Shown piece by piece: positions 1 through 9,400 of a DNA stretch of 14,463 bases (positions are counted from its first letter, which is position 1; the number at the start of each line of letters is the position of its first letter). The notes under the pieces were generated by a model, which did no database searches, had not been told where the DNA came from, and was given only the letters and a program-made list of their open reading frames with translations. The position numbers were made by a program, and so were the translations under genes. The DNA comes from an uncultured archaeon (GTDB lineage: Archaea; Asgardarchaeota; Lokiarchaeia; Sigyniarchaeales; SOKP01), in contig CAZOYD010000025.1 of NCBI GenBank assembly GCA_964583985.1, forward strand, positions 29,961 to 44,423, in the 5' to 3' direction.

Positions 1-1
1 C

Positions 2-895
2 TAAGTAATTAGTATAGCAATGGTAAGGCATAACACCACGAGAATATAATTGGAAAATTCCACAGCAGCATGAACAACAATTACAGATGGCTTCCTCATC
101 CAATTCAGTATTTAAATGAACGTGAAATGCTTTGTGGACCAGACCTTCATCAGATGCTTTCTTTATTATTCTTTTAGCTTCTTCTTTTGATATAGGATTT
201 GCAAACTTGTGTTCTATTGCAAATTGTGCACTCTTTCCTAAGAGGAAACAATTTTCCCTTTCATCCGTGATTTTACACGGTTGATCCAACAAATCTCGAG
301 AATGTCGACAGTAACAATGAGCAAGAGCGATGTCATCATACTTGTCAACTATTTTTGATACTTCTTCGTGTGGTATAACCATATCAATTGGGACATCTCC
401 AATTTCTTCTTCGACGGGAACTATTCTTACTACTGGAGGAAAATGTTCAAATTGCCTAACGAAATTATCGTAATTGTTTTGCGTTCCTTCTCTCATTTTA
501 ACAAAAATGTTTTCAAAAAGATGAGCTATTTTTTTATGTTTCTCATCAGTTTCACCTTTAAGATTAGTATATTCAAACATTCCTGGAAATGGTCCTAAGA
601 GCCTATAAACCATCATACCGGTTCTTCTGCTTGGAAGTCCAACAATAACACCATTATCCATCAGAATTTTCAGCATGTTGTCTAATTGAGTGCTATTTAG
701 AGTTGTATTTGACTTGATTTGATCACTGTTTAAAGAGGGTTTTTTAAACACTGACGAAATGAATTGAGCTTGTTCCTCCGTTATTATGTTCTGTATGAGT
801 TCGATTAATTCTTCACTAATTGGCATTGGCATTTGACCTGCTTTTACGATTGTCCTAGCCACTTTATACCATATTTTATCTTGGGGTTCTGTCAT
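2..895 (-). CDS. Cys-rich iron-sulfur protein (CNCCxCCC family, usually annotated '4Fe-4S binding/dicluster domain protein'); 3' end lies beyond the left edge
   Basis: Manual translation from ATG at 895 gives 298 open codons to the window edge: MTEPQDKIWYKVARTIVKAGQMPMPISEELIELIQ...IALAHCYCRHSRDLLDQPCKITDERENCFLLGKSAQFAIEHKFANPISKEEAKRIIKKASDEGLVHKAFHVHLNTELDEEAICNCCSCCCGIFQLYSRGVMPYHCYTNYL. The motifs CxCR, PC, NC, GLVH and ICNCCxCCC are typical of this anaerobe family, whose ferredoxin domain normally follows just downstream. GGTGTGA lies 5 nt before the ATG. Absent from the ORF track because there is no stop in the window. Confidence 0.88.
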   Translation of the reverse strand, partial: MTEPQDKIWYKVARTIVKAGQMPMPISEELIELIQNIITEEQAQFISSVFKKPSLNSDQIKSNTTLNSTQLDNMLKILMDNGVIVGLPSRRTGMMVYRLLGPFPGMFEYTNLKGETDEKHKKIAHLFENIFVKMREGTQNNYDNFVRQFEHFPPVVRIVPVEEEIGDVPIDMVIPHEEVSKIVDKYDDIALAHCYCRHSRDLLDQPCKITDERENCFLLGKSAQFAIEHKFANPISKEEAKRIIKKASDEGLVHKAFHVHLNTELDEEAICNCCSCCCGIFQLYSRGVMPYHCYTNYL

Positions 896-900
896 ATATT

Positions 901-907
901 TCACACC
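901..907 (-). promoter_or_regulatory. Shine-Dalgarno-like site (GGTGTGA) of the Fe-S protein gene
   Basis: The minus strand reads gatGGTGTGAaatatATG, resembling the archaeal GGTGA-type RBS at a normal spacing. Confidence 0.6.
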
Positions 908-1005
908 ATCTCTAATTTAACTCGCATTACACACGAAATCATGTAATAATTAGATAAATAATCCTAAATTATCATTAGATTTTTAATAATATAAATATGA
1001 AAATT

Positions 1006-1422
1006 TCAAAGAGGTTCTCTTACCAAATAATATATTTTTTCCGAATTGCACTTTACACAATTACCTTTTTTACCTATAGAAGCAGTTACATCTTCCCATT
1101 CATGATTACAATTCAAACAACCAAAACCTATGAAACTTTTTTTATAATCAACGTTACCGCCATGAATCGTAATTTTTTTCCCCTCTATCAAAGCTTGCGT
1201 CATTTTTTTATGTGCATTTTCTAGAATCCGTGAAAAAGTTGGTTGTGAGACGCCCATTGTTGAAGCTGAAGTTTGTTGAGACAGATCAAGATAATGTTTT
1301 AATCTCATTGCTTCAAATTCTGCAAGACTTAATTTAATCATTGATAGATCATCCTTAAAAGGATGGAAATAAAAGTTATTTGGGGGGTGTTTAATAAATC
1401 TCGTTTGCGTGCTACGTCCCAT
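1006..1422 (-). CDS. DUF134 (UPF0251) domain protein: predicted HTH DNA-binding protein with a C-terminal zinc ribbon
   Basis: MGR..R.I...P...YF.P N-terminus, then LSLAEFEAMRLKHYLDLSQQTSASTMGVSQPTFSRILENAHKKMTQALIEGKKITIHGG, which matches the DUF134 pattern (EAxRL...xxQ..AA..MGVSxxTFxRxL..A..K...ALxxGKxxxIxGG). C-terminal CLNC...HEW...CVKCNS gives two CxxC pairs. Confidence 0.92.
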   Translation of the reverse strand: MGRSTQTRFIKHPPNNFYFHPFKDDLSMIKLSLAEFEAMRLKHYLDLSQQTSASTMGVSQPTFSRILENAHKKMTQALIEGKKITIHGGNVDYKKSFIGFGCLNCNHEWEDVTASIGKKGNCVKCNSEKIYYLVREPL

Positions 1423-1545
1423 ATTACATCAATTATTTAGCGGATAGGAAATATATTTATTTACAATTTTTATAATTATTTATTCATAATTAGAATTTTT
1501 CATTATAATAAAAAGGAATTTATCAAATAAAGATTGGAAAATTAA
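1423..1545. promoter_or_regulatory. Divergent, very AT-rich promoter region between the DUF134 and aminotransferase genes
   Basis: Head-to-head genes flank a very AT-rich spacer with several TATA-like runs (e.g. TTTTTATAA near 1467-1475). Individual boxes cannot be assigned firmly. Confidence 0.5.
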
Positions 1546-1554
1546 GTGAGTATT

Positions 1555-2730
1555 ATGAAAATAGAATACGCGGAAAGAATTCAGACACTCCCTCGATATA
1601 TTTTTGCTGAAATTGAACAGTTGAAAATGAATAAAAAGAAACAAGGCGTCGATCTCATCCCTTTAGGGATTGGAGATCCTGATTTAGAGACACCAAAGGT
1701 GATTTTGGATGAGCTCATAAAACAAGTAAAACTGCAACCGAATCAGAATTATCCCTCAAGCATGGGTGAAGCAGATTTTAGAGAAGCGATCCAGAAATGG
1801 TATGCCGTAAGATTTAATTTGGATTACAATTCCGAAACCGAGATCACGGGATTAATAGGAGGTAAAGAAGGGATTGCCAATATAGCTCGAGCATTTATCA
1901 ATCCCAAAGATATCGTTTTGGTTCCAACTCCCGGATATCCCGTATATGAAAACGGAGCGACAAAATTATGCGATGGAATCCCCTATTTGATGCCATTGAA
2001 TGAAGAAAATAATTTTTTGCCTGATTTAGATAGTATCGATACTAAAATTCTCAGAAAGGCTAAAATGATGTATTTAAATTACCCTAACAATCCAACAGGC
2101 GCAATTGCACCAAATTCTTTTCTGAAAAAAGCGACAGATTATGCGGAAGATTATGATTTTTTTATCGTGTATGACAATCCTTATTCAGAATTTACTTTCG
2201 ATGAATATATTGCCCCTTCATTGCTTGAAATCAATAGAGATCACGTGGAAATTAATAGTGCATCTAAAATGTTTAATTGTACAGGATTTCGTTGTGCTTG
2301 GGCTGTTGGAAATGAAAAAATTATAAATGGGATACGAAAAGTGAAGTCTCAAATAGATTCAGGATGCCCGATTTTCATTCAAAAAGCAATTATTAGAGGA
2401 TTGAATGATTACACTTCCAATAAAAAACCAGAAATTGTCAAAAGAACTGTTCAAGTTTATCAAGAACGGAGAAATGTTTTAGTTGATGGGTTGAATCAAA
2501 TTGGATGGAAGACTGAAAAGCCCAAAGCAACATTTTATGTCTGGACACGTATTCCGAAAGAAGGCATGAATAGCATGGAATTTGTCAAGGAACTTATTAA
2601 TGTAGGTGTTATTCTAACCCCTGGTACTGGTTTTGGTCAATATGGTGAAGGATACGTTCGATTTGCTTTAACACAACCAATAGAACGGATAAAAGAAGCT
2701 ATCGAAAGAATTAATACTCTATTAAATTAG
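1555..2730 (+). CDS. dapL: PLP-dependent class I/II aminotransferase, most similar in pattern to DapL2-type LL-diaminopimelate aminotransferase
   Basis: N-terminus AERIQTLPRYIFAEI...GVDLIPLGIGDPDLETP, then LIGGKEGIA, PGYPVY, YLNYPNNPTGA, YDNPYSE, PLP lysine in SASKMFNCTGFR (codon 2266-2268), IDSG, KATFYVW and TPGTGFGQYGEGYVRFAL. The fold assignment is near certain; DAP specificity is inferred. ATG 1555, preceded by GTGAG, is preferred over GTG 1546. Confidence 0.68.
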   Translation: MKIEYAERIQTLPRYIFAEIEQLKMNKKKQGVDLIPLGIGDPDLETPKVILDELIKQVKLQPNQNYPSSMGEADFREAIQKWYAVRFNLDYNSETEITGLIGGKEGIANIARAFINPKDIVLVPTPGYPVYENGATKLCDGIPYLMPLNEENNFLPDLDSIDTKILRKAKMMYLNYPNNPTGAIAPNSFLKKATDYAEDYDFFIVYDNPYSEFTFDEYIAPSLLEINRDHVEINSASKMFNCTGFRCAWAVGNEKIINGIRKVKSQIDSGCPIFIQKAIIRGLNDYTSNKKPEIVKRTVQVYQERRNVLVDGLNQIGWKTEKPKATFYVWTRIPKEGMNSMEFVKELINVGVILTPGTGFGQYGEGYVRFALTQPIERIKEAIERINTLLN

Positions 2731-2756
2731 AAAATAAGAAATTAAAAAGAATTGTG

Positions 2757-3170
2757 TCATTTTGAATATTTTTGATATTTTTTCCTTAAATATGCCATTT
2801 TAGTCAGATCTTCTGATTCTATAGCTCCAGGATATTCATAATAATTATCCAAGACCATCATTACTGGGCTATTTTCAGAACTCCAATCTTTATAATAATC
2901 TAATATAACTTTTGGATCAAATCCTTCTGCATATTCCTTTTGCGTTTTTTTCACCTCCACTCTTTTTTAAATCTCACGCAGATAATTAATCCAGTTCTTT
3001 AGTCCTATTTTATATTCTGTGGGAAGTAATAATGTCAAGAGAACAAATCCTACAAGGTTATAAAAAGGAGTAAAAGAAAAGGATTCGTTCTCTCTTCATA
3101 ATACTACGGGAATAATGGCTCTCTTATAGCCAATACGAGTGCATGTAGTATTATGATGTGAAATAAACAT
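2757..3170 (-). pseudogene. Probable decayed gene of unknown function (138 codons with two internal stops); the track's 67-aa ORF is its 3' part
   Basis: One frame from ATG 3170 reads MFISHHNTTCTRIGYKRAIIPVVL*RENESFSFTPFYNLVGFVLLTLLLPTEYKIGLKNWINYLREI*KRVEVKKTQKEYAEGFDPKVILDYYKDW...KYQKYSK*, with TGA at 3098-3096 and TAA at 2969-2967. TTTATAAA (3200-3207) lies about 30 nt upstream, and the minus strand is T-rich after the stop (2731-2750). Confidence 0.45.
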
Positions 3171-3325
3171 TATGTTCAAAAAGATCAAGGGAGAATTACT
3201 TTATAAATTTTATGGGAGTTTTTTCCCATTCATCAAGTTTTCCTACCCTCATAATTTCAAAATAAGGTGTAAATTCTAATTTTTACCCTAAATCCTTGAT
3301 ATCTTCTTTTTAAGCTAAAAAATCT

Positions 3326-3348
3326 AATGTGATATGTTGCATAACATT
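3326..3348. promoter_or_regulatory. Nested inverted repeat upstream of the giant ORF; candidate operator
   Basis: AATGTGAT-N7-ATAACATT (7/8 match, 3326-3348) overlaps a perfect ATGTT-N4-AACAT (3334-3347), about 55-75 nt before ATG 3401. An SD-like GAGGG is at 3389-3393. Confidence 0.35.
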
Positions 3349-3400
3349 TTTGTATGAGTTTTGTCTTATAACACAAGAATAAAAAAATGAGGGTTTTAAA

Positions 3401-6400
3401 ATGAAATCTAAAGGAACAGAAAATTCTCAAGAGAGAATTGTAAAAGCAACGGAATCTTTATGGAAATTTTTGTGGTTTTTGGTTTATATCATTTTCATTC
3501 CGACTTTAGTTGCAGTGTTGTTTTTCTTTCTTTTTGGGTTTGTTATAACTTCTATTTTCGGAGTTTCTGATTTTGTCATACCCCTCGCTCTCTCTGCTAT
3601 TATGTTTCTTGTGTCAATTCTCATATTTTACAGACCCTTTGACAAATATCGGAATAAATCAATATTTCAAAACAAAATAAACAATCCAAGAGTCAGGATC
3701 CATATCTTATTCTTGATAACCTTAATTTCGCTTATATACACTCCGGTGTTTTTGTTATTTGTTCCACAATATTATCAAGATCAATTAAATTTACTACCAT
3801 TGATCACCTTCGTTTTAACATATAATAGCATATATCTTTATTTTTTTTCACAACCAATAGACTTTTTCAGCATTTCTGATTCGAGCTTTAAACATTTTAA
3901 TAGGTTTAAAGATACGATAAAACAACCATATAATCTTATAATCCTTATGAACTACGCAGTTCATATAGCTTTTTTATCCTTCACTTTTGAAATGCAACTA
4001 TTGAATATTAACATATCTTGGTCATTTGCTTTTATTACTAACCTTTTATTTTATATAATAGCGTTAAGAACGACTAAACCATACGTTAAAAAGATTGAGT
4101 ACGCAATATCTAATCAAGGTGGTTTTCTTGAGGATTTAGTCCTCTATAAACAAGCTTTCGTAAAATCCATTGTCAGAATGGATTTTCTCATATTAATTCA
4201 AATTCCTTTTGGAATTCTATCAGTTTTCTTCAGGTCGATTGGACCTAATTCATTAATTAATGCGTTCTTCATAACAATTCTTCTTCTAATCTTTAATTTT
4301 AAAATTGATATTTATCTGAAATCTTATTATTTCAATCAGTTAAATCGATTAAACCCAGAAAAGTATCCTTCTCGTGAGCTTGGAGTAAAGTGGAATTTTT
4401 TTTTAACTGTTTTAATTATGATATTGATTCCTTCTTATATCTTCTACTATTCTTTCAGTATCCCAGAAGTACTATACTTTAATTTTCTAGCTTTAGTTAT
4501 TATTTTTACAATTACAAGAGTAGAAGAAAAATATAAATATCTTCCAAAAAGTTATGCTAGGCATCTGCATCTAATCAACACCATTTTCCTTTTAGCAATT
4601 ATATCCTTTCAAATCCTTTCAGTTCTAGATCCTTTCATCCAATTTGCTATATTTTTAATTTCTTTGTATTTTGGTTTAGAAATCTTTACAAAATATGAAT
4701 ATTATAGCAAAAAGAATGTTCTAATTGTCCAAAACATCCTTGCGATTTCAGGTTTTTATTGTATCGCGTATATATTTTTCAAAGAGATAGCCTTTGGAAC
4801 AACACCTATAGATAGTATTAACAATTTCATAGTACATTACATCCTTCCAGGGTTAATTGGCTCCCTATTTTCTCTATATTTACTTTATTTCCGGCATTTT
4901 TACAATAAATCGTGGAAAACTTTAAGAACAGGTTTCATAATCAATTGTTTAGCCATAATTGGACTTGCTTTTTATTTATTCAATCTAAATTTTGATTTTA
5001 ACACCATGGTTGCTTATGTAATTGGTTTTTCCATTTTATATATCATTTTTTCAGGGTTTAATTACATCATACAACTTTTCACTAAGGAAAATTTAGTAAA
5101 TAATATATATAATACAATTTGGTTGTTAGATTTCAGTATCTTCTCTGTACTGTTAGTTAATACGTTGAAAAGTGGAGTTACGCTTTTTACAATAATTCCC
5201 GATTTCTTTATCCTATCTATCTTGATTCTCTTCACAGTTTGGTTTGGTAAAAAAGTCGGTAGATTGAGTGAAGATACATATTTCAAACTTTTTAATTTGA
5301 ATGGATTTTTGCTAATCATTGAAATTTTTATATTATCATCACAATATCTCATTGAAAAAGTCTTTTTAGATGAAATCGAATTTAAGATTTTAGCCTATTT
5401 TTTATCTACATGCATTATATCATTAATTATAAATATAGCGGCCCCTTCAAAATCACCTTTAATTAAGAAAGTAAAGGGTTTTCTTAATATTTTCACTGTC
5501 ATGTTCGGATGGTTTGTCTTAGAAATGTTTTATTTCTTGACAAATTACCAAAATCTCTATTACCTTTATGGTTTAATCATTTTCTCTTCAATTGTGACCA
5601 CACTTCCAATAGGGTTCTTAGTAATTGCAAAACTTATTGATAAAAAGAAATTTGTTGATTATCTATATCTCGTGTTAAATGTCATTTGTTTGACTTCGTT
5701 CTCTTTTATTATTCACTTCATATTGTTAACCAATATTGTTGATCTTTTTTTTGGAATTAATTTCATACTTTTATCATTAATCATTTGTTATATTGGAATA
5801 GGTAAGTTAGGAGTTAAATTCGGATATGTTTCTGAAGAATTTTATATAAAATTTGTAAAGTTAATGTATTATCCAATTGGTATACTACTGTTCCTCGTGT
5901 TCTTTAGCTTTACTTTATCAACCACTGGTGATAATTTTCTCTCCTTCCTAATTGCCTCGTTAATTTTATCAGCAATGACTAATTTTGCGAGTTTACGCTT
6001 TAAAACGATTAATTTAATTAACTTGCGCATCACATCATTTACGCTTTTTTTTGCTGCGATTTACGTGTCTATATTTTTATTTCAATCATTTATAATTATC
6101 CCATTTTCAACATTATCCCTTTCTGAATGGTATGTTAATCTTTATGCATCTGTAATGTCTATTCAAGTCATTTTTTACATCCCTTTCGGATATTTAGCGG
6201 CGAAAAAAGTCATAAAAAGGGAAGTATACTATAGATATAGCTATTATTCAATGTTTAGCTTGATGCTTTTATTGTTTCTCTTCATAGTATCATTCTTTTA
6301 TAATTTGTTTTATTCTTCCATGGTATTTTACATTCTTGCCTTTATTGCAGATCTGATTTATATAACCATAACTCTCTATAATCATATCAAGAGAGGGTTA

Positions 6401-9400
6401 GCAAAAAAATACCTTCCCATAATTCACCTAACACAGAAATCTGCGATTATCCTTTATACTACGCTTTTTACTGAATTTTACTCATTTCTATTAACCATAA
6501 TACTTCTGTTTTTTCCACAACCATTGCAGTTATGGCAGATGTGGTTTTCGAGTTATTTCGCATTCATTTTAATAACATTAGTGATAATGGCTTTAGCAAG
6601 TAAGTTGATTATTTTTTCTACTGATTTCAGTCGAAGAATAAACCTGATATCTTTAATCTTCACTTCAGTTACTTTTTCATACTTTATCTTAAATCTTGTA
6701 AATAGTATTTTCAATAACTTGTTTTTGCAATGGGACATTACAATAATAAGCTTTCTTACCTTTTTACTACTTCCTTTATATCATTCAATTAAAAGAAAGA
6801 TGTTTCAGCGATTTCTGAGTAAAAATTATGTCTACATCAACGGAATTTTAATTTCACTTTTTATAATAGCTCTACCAGCATTGTTCGCTTATGAATTTTC
6901 TCTTTTTGAAAACTATTTACCCTATATCATCATATCTTCAATTGTATTAGTATACTGTTTTTTAAAGTATTTAGAGTACACATTTGATGAATTAAAAGTT
7001 GGTCAAGGTCGAATTATTGCTTTAAAGACTATCCAGTTGATTAGTTGGAATTTATTATCAATTATCGCATCTAATACTATCTTTATCACATTTGCTCCAA
7101 TGTTTATTGATCAGTTGTTCTATATGGTGTTAATGAGCTCATTTATTACATTTTTCATAATAAATCTGAACAGCCTTACGATAATAGAAGATATAAAGCA
7201 AAGAGTCTTTGAAAACGAGGATCTTAAAATTGATTATTACAAAGTTTATAAAATCTATGAATTTTATAAAAACATTAGCTTTTTCGCATTCATTTTCTCA
7301 ATATCAGGATTAATTTCTGCCTTCTTATCGCCTATTTCATATATAATTGAAGATCTGATACCATTACTATTTTTATCACCAGAAATAATTCAGTTCGAAG
7401 TGTTCTTTTTACTTACACTTTTAATTCTTTTAATCACGCAGAAAATCGAGATAGAATATCAAAAAATTAGAACTTGGATTATTTTAATTTCTTGGGTTAT
7501 AATAAAGGGCACGATATGCGTGTATATGTATTTTTATTTTATAGATACTCCAATCATAGCTTGGAGTATATCAATATTGATATTCTCGGTATTAAGCCCT
7601 ATTACGATGAATTTTATTAAGAATATAAGGTTAATTTTTGGCACCACAAAAAAGATTATCAAAAGCACCCTTGTAAGTTCATTTTACATTTCCTTGATCA
7701 CGCTTTATCTTCTATATTTCTGGAATCTTAGGATTAGTCCTTTTTTCACAGAAAATCTACTATTATTTTGGTTTTTACTAATAAGTAATATCATTATTTA
7801 CTTTGATTACGTTTTTATAAGATTGAAAGACGTTTTTGAAGCAAATTTTGAATTTAATTTATTAAAACTCTATTTCAAATCTGCACTAGTCTTATTTCTA
7901 TTTATTTTCATTGATTTTTATTTAAACCTGATATTATGGTTTATTGCTGCGATTGTTTTGCTAAATCGCAGGAATCATAGTATTATTATTAGGTGGGTAA
8001 TTTACATGTTGTTTACACTTTCATTATACATCTATATAACAATAGATTTTTCAATTTTGCTTACCTTAGGGGGGAGATATCTTTATATTATATTAACCGG
8101 GTCCCTTTTATCCGTGTTATTCATTTCAATTTTAACTAATTACGAGAAAGTTAATGACATAGAAAAGTTTAGTGTTTATTTAATTCTGTCGTTCCTATCA
8201 TTTATAGCATGTTCGCTGATCCCTGGATTTTTCGTTATTCCTGGTTTACTCTATAACGGCACTTTTTCATTATTGATTTTCTTGGTTTTAACTGGTAATC
8301 ATTATTATCAAAAGAGAGATAATAGATACAAATTATTTATCAGACCTTGTGTTGTTTTGGCAGTATTTGATTTTACTAGCTTTTTATTTTATGGAATGCT
8401 CTTCAATAACACTCCTTATAGCCCCGTATATCAACCGATTCTGAGTTTTACTTCCACTTTTAGTTTGACAGGATTTGCGTTTGTATCTCTTTATAATCAA
8501 TCTCCTCAGAGGTTTAGAAAATTATCATTCTTTATCGTTTTACCCCTCTTGATTTTAAGTGTTCCCATTTTCGTATATTATTTCACTTACGCAACGTTTC
8601 CCTTACTTAGAACTTCAGTATTACCTTTAACTATTTCTTTAAACATAGGAATTTTCTTTTTCTTTATAGCAATTGGACTATATCAATGGAAATTTTCAAG
8701 AGCGATTTGGAAAACGGGATTTTGGGCCTGGATTTTATTTCCAATAATAAATTATGCTGTAATTGATCAATCTTTGGCAAATTTGAGTTTACGAACTTTA
8801 GAGCTTTTTGGTTTTATCAATATTCCTGCCTCAACCCTATTAGCGATTACAATCTGTATTATTTTATCCTTTCCGTTTTGGTATACTTGGATAAGAGCTC
8901 ATTTTACTACGGTCTTGTTTGCTGCTTGGATATTAAATCTCGGTTTACTCTATTGGTTTAGCCAATCCTTATTCTTTGGAAGTGAATTATTGATAAATTC
9001 TTCATTTCTAATTTTTTCATTCATATTGCTCATGCCATTAGTTTATAAACTTAAAATTTGGAGAGTATTGATGGCGTTCTGGATCCTTTTTACAATAATT
9101 ACTATTTCCTTTATTGATTTCACCTTTATATCAATGGGGTTCGATTCTACTACTGTTTTATCTATTGATATCAGTGTAATAGGTTTATCCCTTATCTTTT
9201 TATCATATTTCCCCAATATGAGGAATAAGAGGAATCTTTCATTAATCATAGCTTATTTTACATTAATAACAGGGATTTCCATAATGGTATATCAAATTAT
9301 TCTCATCGCTACTGTTTTTAGAGGTGATCCAATAGGAGCTCTATATTTAACAGTGATTATAATCTCTGCTTCATCATTTTCGTCTAGAATACTAAAGATT

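Noticed and set aside
368-598. 76-aa plus-strand ORF
   Set aside because: Antisense shadow of the Fe-S gene (895 to the left edge), which carries clear family motifs.
997-1224. 75-aa plus-strand ORF
   Set aside because: Antisense to the well-supported DUF134 gene; no motif.
2141-2326. 61-aa alternate-frame ORF
   Set aside because: Nested out of frame within the aminotransferase catalytic region.
3096-3098. In-frame TGA as possible selenocysteine (Lokiarchaeia are known to encode Sec)
   Set aside because: The same frame also has a TAA, the context is not a redox motif, and I saw no convincing SECIS-like hairpin.
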